A DNA stretch of 30,132 bases from a virus (Duplodnaviria; Caudoviricetes), in the IMG/VR virus record IMGVR_UViG_3300033067_000617, positions 1 through 30,132 of that record; one strand, written 5' to 3'. A program made the translations under genes and the position numbers. Within the stretch, counting starts at the first letter, position 1. Every line of letters starts with the position of its first letter. The notes under the pieces were generated by a model that was not told the DNA's origin, searched no databases, and worked only from the letters and a program-made list of their open reading frames with translations. Of this stretch, positions 1-9,707 are shown in pieces.

Positions 1-1317
1 AGTGTTACGACCTATCTGCAAAAGGCAGTAAGCATCGAATACACGCAAGACACTGTGCTCGGTCTGTGGTGCGAATTCCCTGACCCTGGCCGGATTGCAG
101 CTATCGAATTTGCGCTGTCGAATGACGCCGGAACATTTACAAACTGGAAGGTGCTGAAACTCGGCGGCAGCGGCGGCGCTGTGTTTGCTGGTACACGCTA
201 CTTCCTGACCGCGCCGATTTCTGCGGCAACTGCCGGCGGCGGCTCGTTCGCAACAGAGGGAACGATTCAGACAATCCGAATTCGCGTACTGAGCACGTAT
301 AAAAATCAGGGCGGCGTCGTCAAATTCCGGTCGCTCTGCGTCAACTCGATGAGCCGCCCGAAATTGGTTTTGGCGTTTGATGACGGATTTATCAGCCAGT
401 ACACCGAGGCGTACCGCTACATAAGCATGTACGGGCTGCGCGGCACGCTGGCAGTGATTACCGGGAAAGTTGGCGACGCCAACTACATGACGCTAACGCA
501 GCATCGTGAGCTTTACGATGAGGGATGGGATATCGTCGGCCACACTACCGGCCATGTTGCGTTTAACTCGCACAACACCACGGCAATCTGCGCCTCGCAG
601 GTTCCGGCCGGGGCAGGCAATATGACGTTAAACGGCTCCATCGGCAGCAACACGTTCGACACGCCGCGTCATGTCGTTGTCACGGCGGCTGGCGATCAGG
701 GCATTAAAGTCACCGTGACTGGGCTAGATTCGCTGGGCGCTGCGGTACAGGAGGACGTTTACACATGGACGGGCCGCTGGGTAACGACGCAAGCTGTTTT
801 CAGCAAAGTGACACAGGTTGCCGTCGATCAGGCTGCATCTGCGGGAATCACTGTCGGCCAGTGCCGCAGCTACGCGGAGCAGCAATACGACATCGCAACT
901 GTGCGCGATTATTTGATTGCAAACGGAATGCCGCGTGGTGCGCTGCATCTGGCGTTTCCGCAGGGCGAGTTCAATGTGACAACGCTGCGCATTCTGGCTC
1001 AGGAGGGCATTAAATCAGCCCGCGTGGTTTCTGGTGCGTTGCAAAACCCGCACAAGATGGACTTGCGACCCTATGAACTGCCCGGCTACGGCGGGGATGG
1101 GTCAATCCCAACGGCGTCAACCATGAACGGCTACCGAGCATCTGCGCTCAGTTCCGGCGGGGTTATGTTTACGTACCTCCACAAAATCGTACAGACGGCG
1201 TCCACCAATTTGGAGATGTCGCGTTCGGAGTTCCGCAGCTTCATCGATTCGACGGTTTCGGATATGCAGGCCGGGAAAATTGATCTTGTGACGCAGACAC
1301 AGATTGCAACGAGTTAA
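1..1317 (+). CDS. Polysaccharide deacetylase (CE4/NodB) domain protein, 5'-truncated, with internal inserted domain
   Basis: Frame is open from base 1. CE4 motifs LAFDDG, HTTGH (HxxxH), AFPQG and TYLH are present; about 95 aa is inserted between motifs 2 and 3. Confidence 0.8.
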   Translation, partial: SVTTYLQKAVSIEYTQDTVLGLWCEFPDPGRIAAIEFALSNDAGTFTNWKVLKLGGSGGAVFAGTRYFLTAPISAATAGGGSFATEGTIQTIRIRVLSTYKNQGGVVKFRSLCVNSMSRPKLVLAFDDGFISQYTEAYRYISMYGLRGTLAVITGKVGDANYMTLTQHRELYDEGWDIVGHTTGHVAFNSHNTTAICASQVPAGAGNMTLNGSIGSNTFDTPRHVVVTAAGDQGIKVTVTGLDSLGAAVQEDVYTWTGRWVTTQAVFSKVTQVAVDQAASAGITVGQCRSYAEQQYDIATVRDYLIANGMPRGALHLAFPQGEFNVTTLRILAQEGIKSARVVSGALQNPHKMDLRPYELPGYGGDGSIPTASTMNGYRASALSSGGVMFTYLHKIVQTASTNLEMSRSEFRSFIDSTVSDMQAGKIDLVTQTQIATS

Positions 1318-1324
1318 AAACAAC

Positions 1325-1345
1325 ACCCGCCCCGGCGGGTTTTTT
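1325..1345 (+). terminator. Rho-independent terminator
   Basis: ACCCGCC-CC-GGCGGGT followed by TTTTT. Confidence 0.8.
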
Positions 1346-1361
1346 ATTGCCCGGAATACCC

Positions 1362-1538
1362 ATGCTCACCAAAGACGACTTCAAAACGCCCACCTGGCAG
1401 CGCGTGACCGAGCACTTGCAAACGCTTCTGGACATGGCGCGCCAGCAGAACGACAAGCATTTATCCGCAGATGAAACCGCCGCACTGCGCGGCCGTATCT
1501 CTGCCCTGAAAGAATTGCTGAACCTGCCCAAGCGGTAG
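1362..1538 (+). CDS. Small phage head-region protein (Bbp19-like position before scaffold)
   Basis: ATG 1362 in the ORF-track frame; helical 58-aa protein with LRGRISALKELL motif, typical of genes just upstream of podovirus scaffolds. Confidence 0.65.
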   Translation: MLTKDDFKTPTWQRVTEHLQTLLDMARQQNDKHLSADETAALRGRISALKELLNLPKR

Positions 1539-1590
1539 GCTCGCACCCGGAGCGGCCCGAACGGTAAACGTCGAGCTGCACCCACAACAG

Positions 1591-1615
1591 ACCCGCCACT
1601 GAGGCGGGTTTTTTT
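1591..1615 (+). terminator. Rho-independent terminator
   Basis: ACCCGCC-ACTGA-GGCGGGT followed by TTTTTT. Confidence 0.8.
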
Positions 1616-1628
1616 ATGGACGAACGAA

Positions 1629-2543
1629 ATGAGCGACACGAACCAAGCGCATGAAATCGATGCCGGTGACGACGACGCAGCGTTTGAGGCCGGTTTTGCT
1701 TCGGTACATGGCTCAGAGCCAGGTAGCGAGCGTTCCGAGCTGTCAGGCACTGCTGACGACAACGGCGCAGAAATCAGCACTGACGAGCAGCTACACGGCG
1801 ATGCAGAGGCGCCAGCGGTCGAGCAGCAGCCCGAACCGCAAGCCGAAGCAGATCCGCTGGATGGCCTGCATCCGAAGGTGCGCGAGGCACTGGCAGAGCT
1901 GGAGCAGCTGCGCGCTGTAGCCAACCGCATCAACCGCCTTGAGGGATCGATTGGCGGCCTGCAATCGCACGTGAAACAACTCGCATCGAAGCCGGCACCA
2001 CAGCCGGCGAACGGCAATGCGCCGGCCCCGAATCAGGAGCAGGCGAGCGAGGAATGGAAGCGTATCGAGGAAGAATTCCCCGAGATTGCGGCGGCCGTGG
2101 ACAAGCGGCTGCGCGGCGTTGGCGGTGCAACGCAGATTGATCCGGCTGATCTGGTCGGCAAGGTCACAGAGCAGGTTCGTGCCGATCTGGATGCGAAGCG
2201 ACAGGCTGATTCGCTGGCAGAGATTGAGGAAGCGCACCCGGCATGGGGCGATGCCATCAAGTCCGAAGCCGGCCAGGCGTGGCTGAAAACCCTGCCGCAG
2301 CATGAGCTGCAGGAGTTCTTCACCACCGAGCGCACATCCAAGGTGATCCGCTATCTGGATCGCTTCGCTGAGCATCAGCAGAAACAACAGCAGGCTTCAT
2401 CGGTGCAATCGCGCCGTGAGGCAACTGCACGCAACGCCATCACGCCACAGGGCGGAAAGGCTGGCGTTCCGCGCCGCGAAATGGATGAGGACGCAGCTTT
2501 CGAGGCTGGTTTCTCATCGGTGCGTGGCGTGCGCAATCGATAA
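1629..2543 (+). CDS. Putative capsid scaffolding protein
   Basis: Acidic, coiled-coil-rich 304 aa directly upstream of the capsid gene; EEFPEIA and HPAW motifs. Confidence 0.75.
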   Translation: MSDTNQAHEIDAGDDDAAFEAGFASVHGSEPGSERSELSGTADDNGAEISTDEQLHGDAEAPAVEQQPEPQAEADPLDGLHPKVREALAELEQLRAVANRINRLEGSIGGLQSHVKQLASKPAPQPANGNAPAPNQEQASEEWKRIEEEFPEIAAAVDKRLRGVGGATQIDPADLVGKVTEQVRADLDAKRQADSLAEIEEAHPAWGDAIKSEAGQAWLKTLPQHELQEFFTTERTSKVIRYLDRFAEHQQKQQQASSVQSRREATARNAITPQGGKAGVPRREMDEDAAFEAGFSSVRGVRNR

Positions 2544-2559
2544 CGAAAGGAAATAGGAC

Positions 2560-3591
2560 ATGGCAACTCAAAGCTATAACACCGAATCGCAACGAATCGG
2601 TAAGTACAAGGGCCAGATTCTCGGCCACGCAATCCCGCAGGAAGTGTCGGGCCGCTTCGGCGTGAAAAAGGAAATCCCGAAAAACTCCGGCGACACCATC
2701 ATTCTGCGCCGCTGGCTGCCGGCAGGTGCAACCGCATCCAGCCCGAACATCTGGAGCGTTGACCCGGCCAAGCACACCATCCAAGAGGGTGTGACTCCGA
2801 ACGCTGAAACCATCAAGCCGCAGGATATCCAGGCAACGCTGCAGGAAATCGGCGTGGTGTATCGCTACACCAACCGCGTGGCGGATCTGTACGAGGATGA
2901 TGTGCCGGCTGAAATCGTGCAGCTGACCGGTGAGCGCATGGGCTTGGTGCAGGAACTGATGCGCCTGGGCGTGCTGCGTGCTTGCCCCAACGCCTTCTAT
3001 GCCGGCGGCGTGGTTTCGCGTGCATCGATTGTCAGCAAGATTACGCCGAACCTGCTGCGCAAGGTGGCGCGTTCGTTGAATACCAATCTGGCTCGCCGCA
3101 TTACCAGCGTGCTGGATGCCAGCCCGAAGGTGAACACCTACCCGATTGAAGCGGCGTATGTGGTGCTGTGCCATTCGGATTGCGAGGCGGATCTGCGTAC
3201 CGAGCTGCCTGGCTTCAAGCACGTGAGCGAATACGGCCAGCGCCAGGCGGTTCACGAAAACGAGCTGGGTTCGTGGGAGCAGTATCGCTTTATCTGCACC
3301 CCGCACATGCCGGTGTATCTGGCCGGAGGTGGCGCTGTTGGCGCAACCGGTCTGGTTGGTACGGTCAATATCGATGTTTACCCGATGATTGTGCTATCGC
3401 AGGAAAGTTATGGCGACGTTGCGCTGCGTGGCAAGTCGTCGCTGAACGTGGGCCACCAGCCTGCCAATCAGAAAACCAAGGACGACCCGCTGGGCCAGCG
3501 TGGCGTTATCTCGGCATCGACCTACTACACCGCTGTGCGTCTGAATGACCTGCAGATGGCCGTGGTTGAGGTTGGCGTTACCGCTCTGTAA
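2560..3591 (+). CDS. Major capsid protein, N4-gp56 family
   Basis: IPKNSGDTIILRR, EGVTP, ENELGS, DVYPMIV and DDPLGQRG motifs characteristic of N4-gp56-family capsids; strong SD. Confidence 0.9.
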   Translation: MATQSYNTESQRIGKYKGQILGHAIPQEVSGRFGVKKEIPKNSGDTIILRRWLPAGATASSPNIWSVDPAKHTIQEGVTPNAETIKPQDIQATLQEIGVVYRYTNRVADLYEDDVPAEIVQLTGERMGLVQELMRLGVLRACPNAFYAGGVVSRASIVSKITPNLLRKVARSLNTNLARRITSVLDASPKVNTYPIEAAYVVLCHSDCEADLRTELPGFKHVSEYGQRQAVHENELGSWEQYRFICTPHMPVYLAGGGAVGATGLVGTVNIDVYPMIVLSQESYGDVALRGKSSLNVGHQPANQKTKDDPLGQRGVISASTYYTAVRLNDLQMAVVEVGVTAL

Positions 3592-3635
3592 TGACTGACG
3601 GGGCCGGTGCGCCGGCCCTGCTTGAAAGGATGAAC

Positions 3636-3980
3636 ATGATCAAACCTACGATTGGCCGTGTGGTGCATTACCGCCCAACCGGCATTTCTGGCGTTATTTG
3701 CGCGGCACTCATTACCGCTGTGCATAGCGATACCTGCATCAACTTGCGTGCGTTCCATGCCGATGGCACCGACTCTGCCCCAGCATCTGTTGATCTAGTG
3801 CAGGACGACAACTATCCGAGCGATGGCCGCCCATTTGCTGAATGGATGCCGTATCAGATTGGCCAGGCCGCCAAGACTGAGCAGGTCATTGCCGATACTG
3901 CGGCTGCCGCCGATGCGGTTGCGCTGACAGTTGAACCTGAAACCGACACTGCTGCAGCCGATGCTGCCGCTGGCGTCTAA
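3636..3980 (+). CDS. Conserved phage hypothetical protein (KPTIGRVVHY type)
   Basis: SD AAAGGA at 3625-3630 before ATG 3636; Ala/acidic tail. Confidence 0.7.
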   Translation: MIKPTIGRVVHYRPTGISGVICAALITAVHSDTCINLRAFHADGTDSAPASVDLVQDDNYPSDGRPFAEWMPYQIGQAAKTEQVIADTAAAADAVALTVEPETDTAAADAAAGV

Positions 3981-3992
3981 TCCGAAAGGAAC

Positions 3993-4478
3993 ATGATGGA
4001 TACCCTGAGCCAAATCTTTGGTATTTCGATGGCGTTCGGCCCGGCCGGTCTGGCGCTGACTGCTGCGGCAACTACCTACAGTACTTCGACTGCGTTCAAC
4101 TTCTCCAACAAGGGCGTGGTTTACGCAAAAGGCACGATTTCCGCCACCGCAACGCCGACCACTGACGGCCGCACTGGCGCCGCGCTGACCGGTATTGTTG
4201 CCGGCCAATGCACCGTGCTGGTGTGGTGCGTGGATGCTGGCACGGTCAAGGTGCTGCAGGGCGGCATTGGCAAGTGCGATGCGGCCGGCAACATCACCGA
4301 TGCGCCGCAATTCCCGATTGTGCCGGACACGCTGACCCCGTTCGCGTATTCGACACACCGCGCAGCCAGCACTGTTGTCGGCACCTGGACGCCGGGCGGT
4401 TCCAACTGGAATGCGACCGGCATGACCAGCACGCCGTACAACATCGCCGCGCTGCCGGATCGTCCGGCTACCGTGTAA
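3993..4478 (+). CDS. Putative head decoration or minor capsid protein
   Basis: SD GAAAGGA; Thr/Ala/Gly-rich beta protein right after the capsid gene and followed by a terminator. Confidence 0.55.
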   Translation: MMDTLSQIFGISMAFGPAGLALTAAATTYSTSTAFNFSNKGVVYAKGTISATATPTTDGRTGAALTGIVAGQCTVLVWCVDAGTVKVLQGGIGKCDAAGNITDAPQFPIVPDTLTPFAYSTHRAASTVVGTWTPGGSNWNATGMTSTPYNIAALPDRPATV

Positions 4479-4496
4479 GCGGATTCCACGTCAACC

Positions 4497-4524
4497 AAAA
4501 GGCTCGCTTCGGCGGGCCTTTTTT
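4497..4524 (+). terminator. Rho-independent terminator (possibly bidirectional)
   Basis: AAAAGGCTCGC-TTCG-GCGGGCCTTTTTT. Confidence 0.85.
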
Positions 4525-4537
4525 ATTGGAAAAGAAC

Positions 4538-5008
4538 ATGGCAAGCAAACAACTCCCCTTGGCCACCGACGACATGGCAACGCAGCGCCGTCAGGTGCGT
4601 CGCATCGATGGCATCAACACACTGAATGCGATGGAAGCGCCGGATATCCAGGTTGTGTCGATCTTCGATACCAGCGCCGATTACGAGGCGTTCATGCAGC
4701 AATACGTGGAAATCGAGATCCACACCACGCAGGACAAAAACGCGCCGCCGATGGTGCCGGTAGGCGTCAATGGCGTGCAAGCATGGCTACCGCGTGGTGA
4801 GCCTGTCGAAGTGCCACGCTACTTCGTTGAGCGCCTGCTGCGCAGTCAGTCGCACAAGTTCGAGACCGTGAACAACAACGACTATGCCGCCGAGGCAGCT
4901 ACGTCGATCCGCGAAACCATCGGCACTGACTTTCCATTCCAGATCAATTACGACCCGGATCAGCGCGGCCGTGAGTGGGCGCGTGCGATTCAGTTGCAGG
5001 GCTGCTGA
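4538..5008 (+). CDS. Conserved phage protein found near N4-gp56-type capsids
   Basis: Real start is probably ATG 4538 after the terminator, not 4208; VGVNGxxxxLPRGEPVEVP motif. Confidence 0.7.
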   Translation: MASKQLPLATDDMATQRRQVRRIDGINTLNAMEAPDIQVVSIFDTSADYEAFMQQYVEIEIHTTQDKNAPPMVPVGVNGVQAWLPRGEPVEVPRYFVERLLRSQSHKFETVNNNDYAAEAATSIRETIGTDFPFQINYDPDQRGREWARAIQLQGC

Positions 5009-5034
5009 TAAACCCAATACGAAAGGACTTCCCC

Positions 5035-5244
5035 ATGCCGTCGATCAAAGACCGCCTTGGCAATGCTCGTTCCACAAAAGAAAACACCGAGATTCGCGCC
5101 TTACTGGCCTCGGTGCAGACCGATCTGGAAACGCTGCGCGCCAAGCACAATGCGTTGCTGGCAAAGCTCGATGCTGATGCTGGTGTAACGGACACCAACT
5201 TTGCCGCGCTGCATACCGTTGGCACGCTCAGCACTCAGCAATAA
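5035..5244 (+). CDS. Small coiled-coil virion protein
   Basis: SD GAAAGGA at 5021-5027; HNALLAKLDADAGV motif. Confidence 0.7.
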   Translation: MPSIKDRLGNARSTKENTEIRALLASVQTDLETLRAKHNALLAKLDADAGVTDTNFAALHTVGTLSTQQ

Positions 5245-5247
5245 GTC

Positions 5248-5913
5248 ATGAGCTATCTGACACTGCTTCAAGACCTGCACCGCGAATCAGGAATTGCAGG
5301 CGCTGCGCCGACCAGTGTAACCGGCTTGAGTGGCATGCCGGCCAAGCTGGCGGCGTGGATCGCGTCTGCGTGGCAAGAGATTCAGTCTGCGCGCAAGTGG
5401 GCATTTCTGCGCAAAGAGGCGGACGTGCTGCTGACTGCCGGCAAGCGCGATTACATGCTGCTGGCTGACTTCGGCCTGTCTGATGTGCGCGAGATTGATC
5501 AGACGTTTGCTGCGGTGATGTTGCCCGATGGTTCGGACATGGGGCGGCTTTCGTGGCTTCCGTACACCGATTTCCGCGACCGCTATGGGCTGAGTACACC
5601 AGACACTGCGCGGCCATCGGTGGCAACGCTGATCCTGCCGACGCAATTGCGGATCAACACCTTGCCGGATCAGGATTACAAGCTGCGTATCAGCTACTGG
5701 CGCACGGCGACGGTGCTGGCGGCGGCGAGCGATGAGCCAACCATCACGGCGGAAGAACAGGCCGCGATTCTCTGGCGTGCGTTGATGTTCTACGCGGCGC
5801 ATGAGGGCGCAGCGGACGTGTTTGCCGATGCCCAAGCCAAATACAAATCCGCATTCGCGTTGCTTGCACAACGCTATCTGCCGCAGATCGGCTTCGGAGC
5901 GCCATTGGTATGA
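5248..5913 (+). CDS. Head-tail adaptor (tail tubular protein A-like)
   Basis: Size 221 aa, position before the nozzle gene, MSYLTLLQDL...WAFL...PD..Y pattern. Confidence 0.65.
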   Translation: MSYLTLLQDLHRESGIAGAAPTSVTGLSGMPAKLAAWIASAWQEIQSARKWAFLRKEADVLLTAGKRDYMLLADFGLSDVREIDQTFAAVMLPDGSDMGRLSWLPYTDFRDRYGLSTPDTARPSVATLILPTQLRINTLPDQDYKLRISYWRTATVLAAASDEPTITAEEQAAILWRALMFYAAHEGAADVFADAQAKYKSAFALLAQRYLPQIGFGAPLV

Positions 5914-7643
5914 CATGGCAACAGCAGACCGTGGCGCTCGGCATGGGCCTGAATGTGGCAGATTCTGCCGTTGTGGTAGATGGTGGGGAATGTATTTTCT
6001 GCCAGAACTACGAGGTATCGATCAATGGCGGCTATCGGCGCGTCGATGGCTATACGGCGTTCGACGGCCGACTGGATAACACGCTGGCGCAGGCGGTGCC
6101 GGGTTCCGGCCCGGTGCGCGGGGTGTGGCTGTATAACGGCGATGTGTTTGCCTGGCGTGACAATGCCGGCGGCACTGCGCTGGTGATGCACAAGGCGACG
6201 GCCGGCGGATGGGTGGCGGTGGCGCTGACGCCGTTCATCCCGTTCAACGCCGGAACGGCCAGCATTGCAGAAGGTACGGCTATCAACAACGGTTCTGGCG
6301 CAACGGCGACGGTGCTGCGGGTGGCGCTGGCGTCCGGTGATTGGGGCGGTACGCCACAGGCAAGCGGGCGGCTGTATGTGTCTGGCGTGACCGGCACGTG
6401 GGCGGCATCCAATCCGATCAAGGATGGTGCGACGACCAAGGCGACGGCGACCGGCGGCGTGAGCACGCCAACGCTGCTGCCTGGCGGCACGGTCGAGTGC
6501 GCCAATTACAACTTCTACGCCTCCAGCAACAGCTATCGCTTGTATGGTGTGGATGGTGTCAACCCGGCGTTCGAGTTTGACGGCAGCAACTTCTATCAAC
6601 TGATTACCGCCATGCCGCAGGACAAGCCGACACATCTGGCCTGTCATGGTGGCTATTTCTACCTGTCGTTCCCAGGTGGCTCGCTGCAGCGCTCCGGCAT
6701 TGGCAATCCGGGCAAGTGGTCGGTGGCGCTAGGCGCGGCCGAATTGGGCATTGGCGACGAAATCAATGGCCTGTTGTCGAGCGTGGGCGATGCGCTGCTT
6801 GTGTTCGGCAGCAAGCAATCTGCCGTGTTGTACGGATCTTCGACAGCATCGCTGCAGCTCAAGCCATTGCACAACGACGGCGGCGGCCTGGCGCGGTCGG
6901 TGCAGTCGATCAATGGCAATGCCTATGTGGTCAACGGCAATGGGTTGACCAACTTCACCGCTACGCAATCGTTTGGTGACTTCGTTTCGTCTGGCATTTC
7001 GCGCAAGGTAGACCGGTTTATCAATCTGCCGGATGTGGTGGCCAGCTATGTGGTGCGCGAAAAGGCGCAGTACCGGCTGCTGATGGCTGACGGCTCGCAG
7101 ATGACCGCCACATTCATTGGCAACCAAGCGCGGTTCTCGCGCCAGCGGTTCCCGCATCAGCTGCGTGCGGTGTGTTCCGGGCGCGATGCCGCCGGCAATG
7201 AGTTGATCTATGCCGGTGACAGCAATGGCAATGTGTACCGCATGGACTACGGCACCAGCTTTGCCGGGCAGTCCATCGCATCGGCCATCCGCCTGCCGTT
7301 CAACCACCTGAAATCGCCGCTGCACAAGAAGCGGTTTCGCAAGCTGCTGCTGGAAATGCAGGCAGACGAGCCGACCGAAATCACGGTAGCCACGGATTTT
7401 GATTATGCGGCTGTTGGCGGTGATGTGCTGGACGTGGATTCTGGCGGCGGCGGCGGCATGCTTGGCGCGGCAATTATCGGCACGGTGCGTTTTGGTTCGG
7501 CGCTTTACCCTGGCGCAGAAATCAATATCAGCGGTGTAGGCCGCAACATCGGCATTGTGCTGTATCACGACAGCGCGGCAGCGCGACCGTTTTCAGTCAA
7601 TGCCATTCATCTGCAATTCGAGATTTGGGGGGTGCAACGGTGA
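5910..7643 (+). CDS. Tail tubular protein B / head-closure (P22 gp10, T7 gp12-like)
   Basis: 577-aa beta-rich protein, ATGA overlap with the adaptor, C-terminal KKRFRKLLLE typical of podovirus nozzles. Confidence 0.65.
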   Translation: MTWQQQTVALGMGLNVADSAVVVDGGECIFCQNYEVSINGGYRRVDGYTAFDGRLDNTLAQAVPGSGPVRGVWLYNGDVFAWRDNAGGTALVMHKATAGGWVAVALTPFIPFNAGTASIAEGTAINNGSGATATVLRVALASGDWGGTPQASGRLYVSGVTGTWAASNPIKDGATTKATATGGVSTPTLLPGGTVECANYNFYASSNSYRLYGVDGVNPAFEFDGSNFYQLITAMPQDKPTHLACHGGYFYLSFPGGSLQRSGIGNPGKWSVALGAAELGIGDEINGLLSSVGDALLVFGSKQSAVLYGSSTASLQLKPLHNDGGGLARSVQSINGNAYVVNGNGLTNFTATQSFGDFVSSGISRKVDRFINLPDVVASYVVREKAQYRLLMADGSQMTATFIGNQARFSRQRFPHQLRAVCSGRDAAGNELIYAGDSNGNVYRMDYGTSFAGQSIASAIRLPFNHLKSPLHKKRFRKLLLEMQADEPTEITVATDFDYAAVGGDVLDVDSGGGGGMLGAAIIGTVRFGSALYPGAEINISGVGRNIGIVLYHDSAAARPFSVNAIHLQFEIWGVQR

Positions 7644-8191
7644 GCAATCGATATTGCAGCTACAGCTACGCAACGGTGGATGGCGTGACGCTGACGGCGG
7701 GCATGTGGAATGGTGCGTTTGCCGCAATGCTGTCCGGGTTTGATGCGGTACAGGCCGATGTGGATGGCGACAAGGCCAATCAGGTTCGATACAGCGGGCT
7801 GACGAGCAATTACAACGCTGCGGGTTACCGCATTACTGGCGCGGGCAATGCCGTAAATCCACAGGATTACGTTACGCTGTCGCAGCTATCTTCGGCGTCG
7901 TTGGCTGCTTCCCTTCCGGCCTATGCGGCCTATGCGGGGCGCAACATCCGCAACACAGGCAGCGCGGTGTTTTGGGCGAGCGATTCGCCAAGCTCGGTCA
8001 GCTACAGCTACAACGGCAGCGGGCAAGTGACCGGCATTACTGAAACAGTGGACGGCTACCCACGAACGACAACGCTAACCTACAACGCCGATGGCACGGT
8101 GAACACAGAAGCGGTGACGTGGCATGGCGTCACCCGCACCCGTACCTACAGCTACTCAAACGGCCAGTGTACTGGCAGCACGGAGGTATAA
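7640..8191 (+). CDS. Tail fibre base/adapter with YadA-neck-like motif and YD-like repeats
   Basis: GTGA overlap start; RITGAGNAVNPQDYVTLSQL neck-like motif; YSYNGSGQV and LTYNADGTV repeats. Confidence 0.6.
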   Translation: MSNRYCSYSYATVDGVTLTAGMWNGAFAAMLSGFDAVQADVDGDKANQVRYSGLTSNYNAAGYRITGAGNAVNPQDYVTLSQLSSASLAASLPAYAAYAGRNIRNTGSAVFWASDSPSSVSYSYNGSGQVTGITETVDGYPRTTTLTYNADGTVNTEAVTWHGVTRTRTYSYSNGQCTGSTEV

Positions 8192-8194
8192 AAC

Positions 8195-9400
8195 ATGGCA
8201 CTGGATGCAGTCATCCTAGCGGAAGTGATGCGCCGGGTTAATCCGATTGGCGCTATTGCGCCGTTTCAGAATGTTGGAACCAGCTTCATCGACCCATATA
8301 CCGGCGCCGAGTGGTTGCGCTCAGGCGTGGTCAAGGCGGCTGCCGGGTATCCAGTGGCAGCAGCGCACCCGGCAACGCAAGCATTTGGAGCCGCATTCAG
8401 CACTGCGCCGGCAATGGGGTCTGTCGGGCTCTACGACATGGCAACCGATGGCGCTGGGCGCTATGTGCTGTGTACTACGCACAGCTCAACGGCGGTGCAG
8501 GTATCCAGTGATGGCGGCGCAACGTGGTCAACGCTGGTGCATAACCTTGGCGTGCAGTGCGCGTCGGCGTGCTGGGATGCGACAAACAGCCTGTGGATAT
8601 TTGCCGGCAACGACGCAAGCGGTCTCAGAATCAGTACCAGCCCAAATCTGTCCACAGCGGCAACGTTTCGGTATTCGCAGGCGCTGACAAGCGGCGGGGC
8701 CAATCAGGCCATTGTGCGTTGCACCGCTTCCGGAAATGCCATTGCGGCCGTCTTGGCCAACAGCGTGGGGCAGACGGCTAAAGCCAGTAACGGCATTACG
8801 TGGGCCGCAGGCGGTGCGCTTGGCTTGCAACCTTACGGTCTGACTGTACTGGGTACGCGCTGGCTTGCGTCTGGCACGAACAGCTCCATTCCCTATACGC
8901 AGTATTCCGATGACAACGGCGCGACGTGGAGCGCGACGCAATCGCTTCCAAGTGGTGCATCAACTACCGCGCTGTTGTCTGGCGACGGACTGTTTCTGCT
9001 GCTCGGTAGTGCGGGCGCGGCGATTGTAAGCGCCACCGGTGCGACAGGGTCGTGGTCTGACCGATATCTTGGAGGCGCGAACGAGTCGCCATCCACCAGC
9101 CGTTGCGCAGGCGGGTACGTTTCCGGTAAGTGGCGGTTTGCCACGTCGGCCGGCGTACTGGAGAGCAGTGATCTGGTCAATACCACGCTCAAACGTATCC
9201 CGTGGACGTTCTCAGGTGGAGCGCCAATGCTGCTGGCTGATGCCAGTGGCCGCTTCCTGATTACGCAGGCAGGCGGCGCCACAGCCGTTTACGGCGGTAC
9301 ATCACTGACTACGGCGACCTATGTCGGTCTGCCGGCCGCATCCGTTCCAGAGGCCGGCTCTGCTGCAGGCTGGCCGTGTTATTACGTGAGGATCAAATAA
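8195..9400 (+). CDS. Receptor-binding tail fibre with BNR/Asp-box beta-propeller
   Basis: Asp-box repeats SSDGGATW, ASNGITW and YSDDNGATW; C-terminal YYVRIK. Confidence 0.65.
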   Translation: MALDAVILAEVMRRVNPIGAIAPFQNVGTSFIDPYTGAEWLRSGVVKAAAGYPVAAAHPATQAFGAAFSTAPAMGSVGLYDMATDGAGRYVLCTTHSSTAVQVSSDGGATWSTLVHNLGVQCASACWDATNSLWIFAGNDASGLRISTSPNLSTAATFRYSQALTSGGANQAIVRCTASGNAIAAVLANSVGQTAKASNGITWAAGGALGLQPYGLTVLGTRWLASGTNSSIPYTQYSDDNGATWSATQSLPSGASTTALLSGDGLFLLLGSAGAAIVSATGATGSWSDRYLGGANESPSTSRCAGGYVSGKWRFATSAGVLESSDLVNTTLKRIPWTFSGGAPMLLADASGRFLITQAGGATAVYGGTSLTTATYVGLPAASVPEAGSAAGWPCYYVRIK

Positions 9401-9672
9401 TGCTTGATACGATTGTGGTTGATCGCGCCACGTTGGTTCCGCTTCGCGTTACGGCATTTCAGGCAAAAATGGCGTTAGCCAATGCCGGGCTACTGGATTC
9501 GGTAGAAACGCTGATGGCTGACCAGGCTACGCCCCTGCGCACCAGGCTGGCATGGAAAGAGGCGGCAGGGTTTGAGCGGTACAGCGACATGATATTGAGC
9601 ATGGCTGCCGTGCTTGGCCTGTCCGATGCGCAGCTGGATGCCTTGTTTGTCGCGGCGGAACAGATCAAATAG
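9400..9672 (+). CDS. Tail-fibre-associated small protein (putative chaperone)
   Basis: TAATG overlap with the fibre gene; VTAFQAKMAL...LGLSDAQLDALF pattern common after fibre genes. Confidence 0.65.
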   Translation: MLDTIVVDRATLVPLRVTAFQAKMALANAGLLDSVETLMADQATPLRTRLAWKEAAGFERYSDMILSMAAVLGLSDAQLDALFVAAEQIK

Positions 9673-9707
9673 ATCCGGGCGCTGCTGCAAATTTACGGCA
9701 GGCAAAA

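Noticed and set aside
3601-3618. GC hairpin GGGCCGG-TGCG-CCGGCCC after the capsid stop
   Set aside because: No U-tract and no evident slippery site; cannot support a terminator or frameshift call
4208-4537. N-terminal extension of ORF 4208-5008
   Set aside because: Overlaps gene 3993-4478 and crosses a terminator; ATG 4538 is the better start
8195-9400. Possible diversity-generating retroelement target
   Set aside because: No reverse transcriptase and no TR/VR pair seen in the window
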